A stretch of DNA of 63,063 nt, the filler included, from Globobulimina sp. (lineage: Eukaryota), in the NCBI GenBank assembly GCA_003354225.1. It is 49 parts of 49 records of this genome, joined end to end, with 100 filler letters (N's around TTAATTAATTAA, not from the genome) between each part and the next. Parts side by side here need not be neighbours in the genome. Positions count along the whole stretch, not along the records: positions 10,321 to 11,510 come from PIVH01021335.1; positions 11,611 to 12,800 come from PIVH01021336.1; positions 12,901 to 14,090 come from PIVH01021337.1; positions 14,191 to 15,380 come from PIVH01021338.1; positions 15,481 to 16,670 come from PIVH01021339.1; positions 16,771 to 17,960 come from PIVH01021340.1; positions 18,061 to 19,250 come from PIVH01021341.1; positions 19,351 to 20,540 come from PIVH01021342.1; 41 more parts are not named here. One strand, 5' to 3'. Position numbers and translations under genes: made by a program. Shown piece after piece: positions 11,379-23,359 of the stretch; within the stretch, counting starts at the first letter, position 1, and each line of letters begins with the position of its first letter. The notes beneath the pieces are model-generated. The model was not told where the DNA came from. It did no database searches and was given only the letters and a program-made list of their open reading frames with translations.

Positions 11379-11510
11379 TCATTTACAGCCAATCAGTTTA
11401 TGGATGCAACAGCTTCTGCAAATCGGCTTGAGGGCATAAGCATACATGTCTGTTGCAGGGTTGCCATCAATAACAGGCTGAATCCACTCCTGCGGAATGG
11501 CATCTATACC
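11379..11510 (-). CDS. Possible ADP-ribosylglycohydrolase C-terminal fragment
   Basis: Translation from the contig edge begins GIDAIPQEWI, matching the G..AIP.EW terminal motif; only 43 aa. Confidence 0.4.
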   Translation of the reverse strand, partial: GIDAIPQEWIQPVIDGNPATDMYAYALKPICRSCCIHKLIGCK

Positions 11511-11610
11511 NNNNNNNNNNNNNNNNNNNNNNNNNNNNNNNNNNNNNNNNNNNNTTAATTAATTAANNNNNNNNNNNNNNNNNNNNNNNNNNNNNNNNNN
11601 NNNNNNNNNN

Positions 11611-12800
11611 ACTCTCTGCTCTCTTTCCTTCAGTCTCTCCGCTCTCAATTTCCTTTTTTCTTCGCCTTCGTCAATGCGCAACACCGCACTCTCTAACTCC
11701 TCGATTTCCGCCGCCTTCGCAAAGAAAACACGGTGATACTTTGTGATCATTCCATCATTCCCAACATCCATAACTTCCGTCATCGCCTCACATATCGCAG
11801 CAATGTCATCTTTGCCATACTTTATCACCGAACGTACGAAACAGCCAAAATCTCTGTAACTGATAGCACCAAATCCATTTTCCAGAATCTCTCCTTTGAA
11901 CGCAATCTCCTCCGCAGTCAAAGCAACGTGTTTCGCCGCATCATAATAATGCGCATTTTTGTACTTATTAAAAAAGTCCCACTCCTTCGCATTGATCGTA
12001 TACAACGCCTTGACATCATACAATTGCCAGTACCGAATGTCCGGTAAACGCGAAGGTTGCGCCAATCCGTTCTTGTTGTTATAATCTATGTTCTTATTCG
12101 CATTGATAGCGTCCCGCGCTTCTTCCAACTTTTCCCGATAATACGCGTCTTCGTTGTAATTCTTCCGCCGCTTTCCGCCAAATTGCGTCGCCAAACGCGT
12201 GCTTTTTTTGTGTCCATTCTCTCCAAACTCCTTATTCATAGTCTCCAGCAACCGATATCTCGCTTCATTTAACTGCTTATTCCGCTCTTTGCGGCGTTGC
12301 GTATAATCCATCCCTTCGTATTGCTGATAATTAAACTCCAGCGTCAATTCACTGAACTCTTTCTTCGTATTCGTCTGCCATTTCTCTTTCAATTTGGCCG
12401 TCTCCGTCACCGACGCACTCAAAATGGCGTCAATATCCTCGTCGGTGATGCTGCTGCCTTTGCTTTTAAATATTTTATCCGCGCCGTACTGGATCATCTC
12501 CATCAAATCCTGCTTGTTATTGGACGCCGCATTGCTTTTCCTGTGCTTCTGAATCACCATCGCATCCAAACGCAACTTCAACTCCGCTCGCTCCAAAATG
12601 CGCTGTTCGACGGTGTCTTTGGTGACCAATCGGTACACGAACACCGGCTTAGTTTGCCCGATGCGATGGGCGCGGTCCATAGCTTGCAAATCCATTTGTG
12701 GATTCCAGTCGGAATCGAAGATAATTACAATGTCCGCAGACTGCAAATTGATCCCCAGGCCGCCGGCTCGAGTGGTCAATAAAAAATATCGGAAGAGCAC
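11611..12800 (-). CDS. ISWI: ISWI-type SNF2 chromatin remodeller (helicase C-domain, HAND, start of SANT), partial
   Basis: [81 protein letters not shown]. Confidence 0.95.
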
Positions 12801-12900
12801 NNNNNNNNNNNNNNNNNNNNNNNNNNNNNNNNNNNNNNNNNNNNTTAATTAATTAANNNNNNNNNNNNNNNNNNNNNNNNNNNNNNNNNNNNNNNNNNNN

Positions 12901-13091
12901 CATTAACACCGCACCAATGGCAACTCCGTACCAGGGGTGCTTTGATGTGTGGCAACGTGAAGATTTCCCGAAACTAAAATGGTGCAAAATAACAATTCAC
13001 TCAGAAATCCGTGATGTACTTCGTACTGCCGATAATACGGAGTTATATGCGTAGTGATATAACTCCAGTTATACGATAAGATACCATCCAA
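12901..13091 (-). pseudogene. Aquaporin/MIP-like fragment with frameshift
   Basis: GFLSELLFCTILVSGNLHVAT then, one frame over, SKHPWYGVAIGAVLM: resembles MIP TM4-TM5; NPA motifs not seen. Confidence 0.4.
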
Positions 13092-13368
13092 TATAATACC
13101 AAATCAATCTATATCCATAATCCAAATATAAGGATGATGTAATATGGATTCATAATGCGAGCGAATCTGAGAAACGAAATCCTCTCTCCTTTCATATAAT
13201 ATTTTTTTCTTAAATTAAGGATGAAAAGAGCGTTTTCAACATTGGCTAGAGTCACTCAGACTCTGTCCAGAAGTTTAACTGAACATATACAAGATTCGTC
13301 CACTTGTTCCTCATAAATTAAAATTATTTTTATTGTTAATTTATAGCTTTTTCAAACAATAAAACAAA

Positions 13369-14090
13369 TCATAAATTATCTTTTTCATCTTCGTTATTGG
13401 CTTTACCATTTCCAATTATTATTCGTGTTTCATAATATCCAGGATGCATTTCAAGAATTTCTTGATCTTTATCAAAATAATTTGAATTAAATAATAACGG
13501 TTTCTTAATATGTAATGGCGGTTTGGCATCATGAACATATAAACATTGATTATATTTGTTATCTCCCCATAAATAATATTTATTCTCCGCTGTTTTAATA
13601 ATATTATGATTTGAACCACATTCAATGTCAATAATTGTTTCATTTTTTAATGTTTCATTTGGTTGTGGTAAATATACAGTTTCATATGAACCATTACCAC
13701 ATTGATACACGTCATTCCTTCCAAAACAATAGATCTTATTTATTTATATGACAAAACAATATAAAAATAAACACAACACAAAAAGATCAAAACTTTCTTA
13801 TTTAATGATAGTAATATATTATGTGAATAACCACAACATATTTTGCCAATTTTAATATTGTTTTGAATAAAATATTGTATTCTTGTTGGCAAATATCTAT
13901 TACTATCATCTCCATGACCTAATCTGCCTAAGCCACAATATCCCCACGACCAAACACCATAATTATCATCAATTGCTAAGGTATGATCACGTCCACAATA
14001 TATATCCTTAAATTTTATTTTTGTTTGAATTTCTTGAATATTTGGTGATGATTTAATATCTTTACCTAATCCCAAACCACCTTCATAATC
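13369..14090 (-). CDS. RCC1-repeat protein, C-terminal part (intron 13735-13793)
   Basis: CGRDHTLA..WSWGY..GRLGHG, CGYSHN, CGSNHN..WGDNKYNQC repeats; a 59-nt phase-0 intron joins the two ORFs (NKK|IYCFGRN). Confidence 0.92.
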
Positions 14091-14190
14091 NNNNNNNNNN
14101 NNNNNNNNNNNNNNNNNNNNNNNNNNNNNNNNNNTTAATTAATTAANNNNNNNNNNNNNNNNNNNNNNNNNNNNNNNNNNNNNNNNNNNN

Positions 14191-15379
14191 TTTTATGTGT
14201 AATTTGATAATTGACATAATAATTTCTTTTCATTTCATTTAATTCATTTTCTAAATATTCGAATTCCTCAAAATCATTGCCTTTATGCTCCATTTCTAAA
14301 CACCAATTATCAATATTTGAAACTTTCAACGCATTGCTTACTCTGAGTAGCTGCATTCCAAATTCCTTCGTATCATCGCCAAAATCAGCCAGACATTTAA
14401 CTTCAATATGTAACCTTTTACATTTTTGTTTATTTCTGTTTTTTAACAATACGGTTTCGAGTCGCTTTAAAATATGAAGTGAATTACCATGCACATCAAA
14501 TGTAACACGTTCTAATGCTAATTGTTTACAGATTGTATTCTCAATAAACGCAGTTATTATAATATTATCACATTCACAAACAAGTGTAACACGTTTCAGT
14601 TGTGTCTCTGGAATTGTTTTTAAAAAATTTACATCATTTGGTTTATACAACATTACTGATTGTAATTTTGGATATGTTATATTTGATGGAATTGTTGGTC
14701 CATAAACTGTTAATGATTCTATTTCGTTATGTAATGCTTCAATAATATTACCTGAAAACATTGGAGTTTGGCGGCCAGAAATCAGCAATTGTTTTACAAA
14801 TGGAAACCATTTTTTTATTTCAGTTTTTTCGATTAAATTTGAATTATTATCGGTACTTAATGCGATGCCGTAAAGTTCCAAAGTTTGAATTTGTGTAAAT
14901 TGTAAGTTTGATGCTAAAGCTTGAATTAATTTTGGCGTAAAACAATAAAGGATTAATGTTGTAATGGTATTGTAATTAATTAAATGTTGATTAATAAATA
15001 ATAGTGTTTCATTGTCATTGGTATTAAATAGTTTCAATGTATGCAATGAATTATTATTGGACCATGTTCGTTTATTCGATGCTGATAAAGCATTGAAAAC
15101 GTTGGCATTCATTGATAATTTTCGAATATTTTTAAATGCATTCAAATGAATCAAATCCGTCGATTCGGACAAATTAGAAAACCTTAAATTTAATTCCGAT
15201 ATTTTTGGAAATGCATAACATGCAATATATGTTTTTCTGTTGCATTTAGCAAATCGAAAATATTCTTTATAATGTAAATGCGATCCACATTCACTAATTA
15301 GTTCTGATGGCAATGCATCAATACAGTCATACGGTAATATCTGTTGCTTTTCTTCTCTTTTTGTAATAATTCCGGATTG
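14191..15379 (-). CDS. F-box/LRR-like protein, partial
   Basis: IDALPSELISECGSHL..EYFRFAKCNR F-box-like segment followed by degenerate LxxLxL repeats. Confidence 0.6.
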
Positions 15380-16189
15380 ANNNNNNNNNNNNNNNNNNNN
15401 NNNNNNNNNNNNNNNNNNNNNNNNTTAATTAATTAANNNNNNNNNNNNNNNNNNNNNNNNNNNNNNNNNNNNNNNNNNNNTTACAATTATTTATCTTCAT
15501 TGTTTTATCATACAATGCAATAATTAGCACCAATGATCCACGTCCTCCAACCCCACAAAACAGAAAATTATTAAATGCACAAATAAAAAGCTGAGTACTT
15601 TGTCTGCAAATCTGATAAACAAATCTGATAAATAACAATATCTACAGAAATATACCATAACCCAATGCATCAAACACAACGACAATTATTGCAACGTACA
15701 ACATTTAATATCTCCTATTCAATCACCAACTCCATCACCATCATCACCGCCTAGCACAGCAACCTATCCAGCATGTCTTGAATATTAATTATCATATATT
15801 ATGATCGACATTAGTGAGTGATGGGGATGTTGTAATATTAGAAACAGGTTCATATGATATAAATTATGCTGTTGACATCCGAGGATTTAGTGATATTATA
15901 TTCACAGGGTTGCGTTTAACAAATCTTACCAGTGATTCTATTTTGCAGTTTGATTTTAATTCTGTTCGATTACAGAATAAAGCAACCTTAATTTTTTAAC
16001 ATTATTAATTGTCACAATATCACATTTCAACAGTTGATTTTTGCAGGATATGGTAACAGCACACAACAAGAAAACGAATATGATCTAAATTCGTTGTTTA
16101 ATATCCGAAATTCGTCCAAGATACTAAACAACGAATTTAATATTAACAAATACTGTCAACACTTCCGAGCTGCATGGTATTATTTATAA

Positions 16190-16621
16190 ACAACGACCTC
16201 CTCTCGATGGGAACCGCAGTGCCATCCATGTCCAGACACAGGTGTTACGTGTAATGGTGGCAGTGATGTTGTATTGGATTATGCAAATTGTGCAAAAGTA
16301 GATAATTCCTCAGAGCCGATTGGGAATGAAGATAATAATCAAAATGTTTGTGAAATAACAATATTTAAAGCATATTTATGTCCCGCACAGTTATGTTGTA
16401 CCAATATTATTGGCTGTTCTTTTAATGGATTTAATAAATCATTATTTTGTGCAAAGAATCGTGATCCAAATCATTATTTCTGTGGTAAATGTAACGTGGG
16501 CTTTTCTGAAGTAATTGGGACATATGAATGCAAAAAATGTGATAAAGCTGAAAATTGGATATTGATTCTACCAATTTTTGGTGGTATTGGTTTGTTAATT
16601 TATTTATTTATTATTACGTAA
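16190..16621 (+). CDS. Cys-rich extracellular region + TM helix of a large membrane protein (degraded upstream)
   Basis: CHPCPD.GVTCNGG, CPAQLCC, CAKNRD...CGKCNVGFSE....CKKC, then a hydrophobic helix; upstream has stops. Confidence 0.55.
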   Translation, partial: TTTSSRWEPQCHPCPDTGVTCNGGSDVVLDYANCAKVDNSSEPIGNEDNNQNVCEITIFKAYLCPAQLCCTNIIGCSFNGFNKSLFCAKNRDPNHYFCGKCNVGFSEVIGTYECKKCDKAENWILILPIFGGIGLLIYLFIIT

Positions 16622-16770
16622 TCCATATACAGTAACACCACTATTCGATCACTTATATTTACAAATCATTNNNNNNNNNNNNNNNNNNNNNNNNNNNNNN
16701 NNNNNNNNNNNNNNTTAATTAATTAANNNNNNNNNNNNNNNNNNNNNNNNNNNNNNNNNNNNNNNNNNNN

Positions 16771-17445
16771 TAGCAGATCTAACAAATAATTTGATGCATT
16801 ATCATTGCTCAACATTTTATCATTATATTCATCGACAACATAGTTTCTCATCACTCTAAAAATTGTGTCCGCTGATCCTTTCATGGAATCATAATATTCG
16901 AACTTTTTATCCTTTATATTAATACAGGCACAGCACCAATGAATATTTTTTATATTGATTGGAAATACGAATTTATCCATTTCAAACACATTATTTACAC
17001 CGACAATTCCCTTTTTGTAAAACTTTTCAATGCGGGTCCATCTCTTTACGTTTTTGTAATTATAGCCATTTTCAGTTAATTTAGCATAAAAAAAAGAATT
17101 CATAAACAAAACACGCAAAGAATTAGGTGATATTGATAATTGTTTAATATTTCGATCAGATAACAATGCAAAATAAAAATTGATTATTTCATCGTTTAAC
17201 CATTTCCCAACATTGAGCGTATAAAGATCCTTTACCGAGACCTGTAATGAAGATGTTTCATGTGATGCAATGATTTGATTTGGTGCCTTGCTCAATGTTT
17301 CTTGTATCAACGTTTGTTGTTGTAATGTTATATTGCGACTTGTTGAATAATTTTGCTTTTTGTCCTTGTTTTTCCACCAAAATACGAGTAAACTTAAAAT
17401 CACCACCGAAACTCCTATGGTCCAATTGGTGGAACTTGACAGCAT
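16771..17445 (-). CDS. Ulp1/SENP SUMO protease (peptidase C48) with N-terminal signal-anchor, 3' truncated
   Basis: WLNDEIINFY, NSFFYAKL, VKRWT, PINIKNIHW (His), YYDSM (Asp); the catalytic Cys lies beyond the contig end. Confidence 0.93.
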
Positions 17446-17578
17446 TGTCAAGATTACTGAACTTCCTTAATTGCTAAAAATCTTTTTACTCTCACCACAC
17501 TTAAAAACCTTATATAATTAATGCTCTTCAATTCACTCCGTTTTTTGCAAACCCAACAAAAAGTTATAACAAATTCAC

Positions 17579-17960
17579 TTATGCTGTATATTTATGAGTA
17601 AAAAGCCAAGCAAACCACTCATTTATATCATTGTTGACATTGCTTGATATCTCATTCGATAAAGAGATTTTTAGATTACATGAACTATCCAATTCAGCAA
17701 ATAAATCCTTATGATGTTTTATGAGCAGTTCTATAAAATCCAACAAATTGTCAACCATATCAATATTAAACCATTTTTTAGGAGCTCTGTATTTAATCAT
17801 TTCATTGTATGTAATTGGTCTTATTTGCTGAATCAAATTTATTGACTCAAATGTATCACATCCTAACCCTCTCAGAATTAAATGCATAAAAATAGCAGTT
17901 CTATGCTGACCGTGTTTGCAATGAACCACCACTTTTCTTGGAATGTTTCCGTTGGTTTTC
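17579..17960 (-). CDS. Dual-specificity/tyrosine phosphatase, C-terminal part
   Basis: VVVHCKHGQHRTA = HCx5R(S/T) P-loop, followed by IQQIRP. Confidence 0.85.
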
Positions 17961-18060
17961 NNNNNNNNNNNNNNNNNNNNNNNNNNNNNNNNNNNNNNNN
18001 NNNNTTAATTAATTAANNNNNNNNNNNNNNNNNNNNNNNNNNNNNNNNNNNNNNNNNNNN

Positions 18061-18774
18061 AATGCATTTATGAGACAAGAAAAAGAAAATGGTACAATTG
18101 CAGGCACCGCAAAAAGATTAAATTTTGATCCGATTTTCAAAAAACAAATCAAAACAACATATTCAAACATCATCGGTTCAATGATCATTCGCCAGAGATC
18201 CGGTGGGTATTTAAGATTAAACAATAAAACGTATTTAAATCAAGACGTGTTACAATATTTGGAAATTGCTGACCATGCATTTAAAATCCCAGAAATCTAT
18301 GGTGTTATGTTAAAAGGCACCAATTTAGATTCATTACAAAAGTTTTTATTTGATAGGATTGAATATTTATCAATTGCTGATAATAAGTTTACACGGTTAG
18401 ATGATGAAACATTTGGTATGCCATTCGCTTTGGAGCAGGTGGATGTTTCTAATAATCCAATTCAAGGAGTTATTGATTTCAAAGCATGCAATTCTACTCT
18501 TACAATGACAAAGTACTTTATTATGGCAGGGTGTAAATATGTAACACGGCTTGTAAACATACCCTGTGAATTACAACAGCTTTACATTGTTGATTCAGGG
18601 ATTACGTCGCCAGATCAATTGGAATTTGATCCTGAAATTGCATTGGAATCTATTACAACCAATCGGAATCAAACAAAAGAGTGGGAAACGTTTTTCGGCC
18701 AATCTGGAAGAGAAGTTGTGGCTACTAATCACGGTGGGACAAATTATGATGTAGTAACTATATATATACTTTAG
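18061..18774 (+). CDS. Leucine-rich-repeat-like protein, 5' truncated
   Basis: IEYLSIADNKF, LEQVDVSNNPIQG and LQQLYI LRR-type segments. Confidence 0.55.
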   Translation, partial: NAFMRQEKENGTIAGTAKRLNFDPIFKKQIKTTYSNIIGSMIIRQRSGGYLRLNNKTYLNQDVLQYLEIADHAFKIPEIYGVMLKGTNLDSLQKFLFDRIEYLSIADNKFTRLDDETFGMPFALEQVDVSNNPIQGVIDFKACNSTLTMTKYFIMAGCKYVTRLVNIPCELQQLYIVDSGITSPDQLEFDPEIALESITTNRNQTKEWETFFGQSGREVVATNHGGTNYDVVTIYIL

Positions 18775-18920
18775 GACACTTTAATTTCGCAGTGTATTTA
18801 ATTTCGCACTGAATATCATAATTCACAAATGATTAAAAAAGTTGATCAATTGATCATGAGCAAAATCAAGGTCAAATAGGAAAACTCTATTTGCTCAATT
18901 TGTTTAAATTTTTCTAACCA

Positions 18921-19002
18921 ATATTGGCAACTACTTCGCTGTACTCATATTGGCAACTACTTCGCCGTACTCATATTGGCAACTACTTCGCTGTACTCAT
19001 AT
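18921..19002. repeat. 26-bp tandem repeat x3 (ATATTGGCAACTACTTCGCTGTACTC)
   Basis: Three head-to-tail copies with one mismatch and no spacers. Confidence 0.95.
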
Positions 19003-19350
19003 ATAGATTTTTACCATTCAGTAATGTACCAGCTTACTAAAACTAATCATTCAGTAATGTACCGCTTTCACTTTGCGATCAACATATGCAAAGTTTAGAG
19101 ATCGCAAATATATATCCCATAAGTTAAGCATTGGTATAAGAAAGCAGTATTTATATCATTTCAAATGCACGTTAATGTCATAATAATAATAAGTTAAACT
19201 CTTTGTATGTATACTGCGCTACATTATAGGTTGCGCCATTTTGCGTGATGNNNNNNNNNNNNNNNNNNNNNNNNNNNNNNNNNNNNNNNNNNNNTTAATT
19301 AATTAANNNNNNNNNNNNNNNNNNNNNNNNNNNNNNNNNNNNNNNNNNNN

Positions 19351-20540
19351 AATAAGCTCGCAATTCACCTTTATTTAATTCATTGGTCAGCACTGAGATA
19401 TAACTCTCGTCATAACCTTCCGCAGCGAGTAAATATTTACACGATTCTTTGGCTAAATGGGTGTCCTTTTCCTGTATGATATTAATACCGCTGGCCTCTA
19501 ATATGTTGCGTATTGCCTCGCGATGTTCATTAGAGACATGCGGTTTGATGATCATTAAGGTTTTGTCTGTCTGCTGGATAGAATAGGAAACGGACGCAGT
19601 CTCCGAAGCTGCTCCAGCATTAACTCTATATTTCGATGGCAGCGACAGTACACTCACATTGTGCTCAGATACGTCATCATTCTCTGTCCCGTTGACACTA
19701 TTAGCAGTACCATTGCGTACTGGTACTGTTTCTGATTTATCCTCAAAGAAAAAGAACGAAAACGCTTTTTTATAGTGCTTTTTGGACTTGGTATAATACA
19801 CACAATTCCGTACAATATCTTTGCCAAACAATGCGCGGATCGAATTGGGCGCAGTTTCCCGTGCAAGGCGGGGATCACTGGGACCAATGATATGGTGCAA
19901 TTCATCAAATATGCCTTCCTTAGTCACCAACATGGCATGCAATTCGCCGTTATTTAAGTTATTGACCAACACAGACAGTTTGTTCTCGTCATAACCCTCT
20001 GCAGACAATAAAAACTTACACGAATCCTTGGCTAAATGGGTGTATTTCTCCTGTATTATATTAATGCCGTTGGATAGTAATATACTGCGTATTTTCGCTT
20101 GCTCCCCCTTGGAAACATGCGGTTTGATAATCAACAAAGTTTTATCCATCTTCCTAAACGACGGCGAAACCGACGCAGTGGTCATAACCGGCCGATATTT
20201 GCTTGGCGAGTATAGGTAATTGGATGACTGGAATGAAACATCCGACTGAGTCTCATATGTATTCGCCTGGTTAGTATGCTGTGGCGGCACTGAATTCTCA
20301 CTGAAGAAAAACTTATGAAATATGCGCTTATAAGTGGCCTCGTTCTTGCTCCACCAACAACAATTTCGCACTTCGTCAATGCCAAACTTAGCACGTATAC
20401 AGTCCGGGAAATGCGACTTAGCCACACTGGGTTCCGCAGGGCCAACCAAATCAGCCAACTTATCAAATGCATCGTCGCCCACTACTAAAAACGCCGTAAT
20501 CGCAGCAGAGGATAAATGCTGTGCTTCCACCGCTAAATGA
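19351..20540 (-). CDS. Multi-domain nucleoside-diphosphate-kinase-like protein (at least 3 NDK repeats, group II NME-like), partial
   Basis: DKTLLIIKPH / DKTLMIIKPH, IGPSDPRLARETAPNSIRALFGKDIVRN and VGPAEP..PDCIRAKFGIDEVRN; repeats 2 and 3 are offset by 579 bp. Confidence 0.85.
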
Positions 20541-22131
20541 NNNNNNNNNNNNNNNNNNNNNNNNNNNNNNNNNNNNNNNNNNNNTTAATTAATTAANNNN
20601 NNNNNNNNNNNNNNNNNNNNNNNNNNNNNNNNNNNNNNNNGTGGTGGTGGTCGGGGTATGTTGTGGCTGACTGTTGGTTGTGACTGGCTGGCTGGTCGTT
20701 GTGTGGATTATTTTACCCCTTTGTTCAGGCTACTTTGCCATTGACTTTATGTGTGTGACTGAAGTGTTTTAACTTAAAGTTTTCGAATCCTACTTCCAAA
20801 CATGTTGTTTACCGAATTCAATTAGCAATATGTGGTTTCCAATTGTTTTTAGTGGAAGATATCATGCATCAAATGGATATTTCCGCTTTAATACTCTCAT
20901 AAAAACTAAATGCATTGATGTCGTTCATATATATGTATCCAAATTAAAAAAACGCAATATTCTTAATATAGTTCCTATATACATTTTGATTAGTCACTAT
21001 ATACATTTTGAAATAATTGGAATTGAAGAAAAAACGGATAAAAAAATGGATAAAACGTTTATCGGCATACTGGTCGCAACTAGATTAGAAGTTTGGGTCA
21101 TGCCTTTTCTTTTCTTTACAACTCAGTGCCTGACCGGTTTTTAATTCGGCTGAGGCTTCCTCGATAATTATAGCGTTTATTTCATTTTATCTTATCTGGA
21201 TTTTCATTCTTGTACATATTTAATATCAATATATCTCATTTATTTTTAATATACATTAATCATATTTTTATTGTTGTTGTGTACAAATTGGTTTTGAGAT
21301 GAATCTCATATTAAATTCAAATGGTTTTGTTCGTCATGGTTACGAGCTATATTTAGCAATGTTAAGTTTTCTTTGCTATTTTCATTCATTTATTGTTGAC
21401 TGCCAAAAACTTTAAGCTTTAGCTCAAAGACTATCTAAAGTACGGTTTGTTTTTCTATGAATTCAATTTGGTCATTGAGTTTATTAAACGGTACTTATAT
21501 TTTATACACATGAGACATTGTCGTCCGAATTGGTTGAATTACAACAACAATTTGCGCAGAATCCACAGGCAATAAACCATATCGATGCCATATCAATAAG
21601 AAAGCTGCAAATCCAACAGCAATTTGAGCAATACCCACAATACATAGATAACCCGCATAGCATTATATTTCCATATTTTATGTCCCGGCCAATGATACCA
21701 ATGCAAGCCACCGCGTTGATTGCAGAAAGTGGCTGTTATGACGACTGTGTGCCGCCTTTATTACTTCCTATAGTGCCGGCTGCTTTTCAGCCATCATTGC
21801 ATTCCGCCGGTGCGCGCTATCATAAATATCNNNNNNNNNNNNNNNNNNNNNNNNNNNNNNNNNNNNNNNNNNNNTTAATTAATTAANNNNNNNNNNNNNN
21901 NNNNNNNNNNNNNNNNNNNNNNNNNNNNNNTGCAATTAAAAGATTCAAAAAATAAATATTCATCATTGAATGTAGAAGATGCGCCTATTACGATGGGAAT
22001 GTATGATGATGATACGGATAATATAGGCACCGCTGTGGTTGATTATTATGACAATCCTGACTTAAGATAGATTTCATTACATTTTAATTATAAACATATA
22101 GTATTAGTATCCTTGCACAAAGTATACAATT

Positions 22132-23022
22132 TTATTGAAGCAAACAAATGTCATTAATATCCGAACAATGTGTTTTTTCTTGTTCTGCATCTGCAAGTTT
22201 TGATGCTTTTTCCTTTAACCTCTCTGCTTTTATGTACAGTCGCAATTTGTCTTCACTTTGTTTGGTGAGCTTGTATAACATTGTCAAGAAATGAGGCTCT
22301 TTAATGATTGGGAATAGCACAGGTCTTTGTAGAATATACGTTTGTAAGACAGCAAACTTACCGAATGTATCTGATAAAATCATTCCAAAACATTCTGTTT
22401 GCAGTTTCTTAAAATTAGTATGGTATAAATCTATTATTTGATTCATTTCTTTTTTATGTTTTGTTTTTTGAATTTTATTTAGATGATATTTGAGATCTTG
22501 TTTTAAATCATTTGTGATTGAATATAAATTATTTGGTAATTGATCGCTATAAATACATAATATAATTTTGACCATCAGTTGGCAGTTATTTTTGATGGCA
22601 GAAACTAAACAATGTTCACCGAAGTCCGGAGACCTTCTGTTGATAAGGTTTCGTGGGCTATGCAATATCAATAACTGTAATAATTTTAAATCATACATAT
22701 TTTCCATCCATCCCAATTGACATATTTTCGACCATCCAAACCTTATTTGATCGTGTACATTGCCAAAATATTCCAATATTATGGTGGTTGTGTCTGGATC
22801 TAACGGCGTATATTGCACAATCATTCTCTGAAATGATAACAAATGTGATAAGATAATTGATGCAATGTCATATTGAGAGGTCACAATACAAAAATAAAGG
22901 GCGTCATCACAAGGATCACCAAAATTTGAAATATCGGCACCACTATCTAAAACAGCTTGGACTGTGGTCTTATCTTGACTCTGTACTGCTGTTAGCAATT
23001 TGGAGTTTGCAGTCATAGCCAT
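22132..23022 (-). CDS. Ankyrin-repeat-containing protein
   Basis: LLTAVQSQDKTTVQAVLDSGADI, ALYFCIVTSQYDIASIIL and CLVSAIKNNCQLMVKIIL. Confidence 0.65.
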   Translation of the reverse strand: MAMTANSKLLTAVQSQDKTTVQAVLDSGADISNFGDPCDDALYFCIVTSQYDIASIILSHLLSFQRMIVQYTPLDPDTTTIILEYFGNVHDQIRFGWSKICQLGWMENMYDLKLLQLLILHSPRNLINRRSPDFGEHCLVSAIKNNCQLMVKIILCIYSDQLPNNLYSITNDLKQDLKYHLNKIQKTKHKKEMNQIIDLYHTNFKKLQTECFGMILSDTFGKFAVLQTYILQRPVLFPIIKEPHFLTMLYKLTKQSEDKLRLYIKAERLKEKASKLADAEQEKTHCSDINDICLLQ

Positions 23023-23359
23023 ATGATGATGATTAGTTCACTTACTTCAAGTTTTTGTAAAATCTGTCTAATCTTTAAAAAGCATGCGTTCAGCCGCAAC
23101 TCTCAAATTTTATTTTACTNNNNNNNNNNNNNNNNNNNNNNNNNNNNNNNNNNNNNNNNNNNNTTAATTAATTAANNNNNNNNNNNNNNNNNNNNNNNNN
23201 NNNNNNNNNNNNNNNNNNNCCACCGTGGCGCTGGTATCGCTAAAGGGGCGGAGTCAGTCGCTCTTCCTGAATGCACTGTCGATCCGAGTCACGTTACTTC
23301 CACTGAATTTGTGCTATATCAATTTTTGTTTCATACAATTAATGCGTACCTCTGAAACG

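Noticed and set aside
11733..12852. Plus-strand ORFs overlapping ISWI
   Set aside because: Antisense shadows of a strongly conserved minus-strand gene
18921..19002. CRISPR array
   Set aside because: Head-to-tail repeats without spacers; no cas genes
20641..21830. Possible RNA gene or coding region in this contig
   Set aside because: GT-rich start and short ORFs show no recognisable tRNA, rRNA or protein motifs
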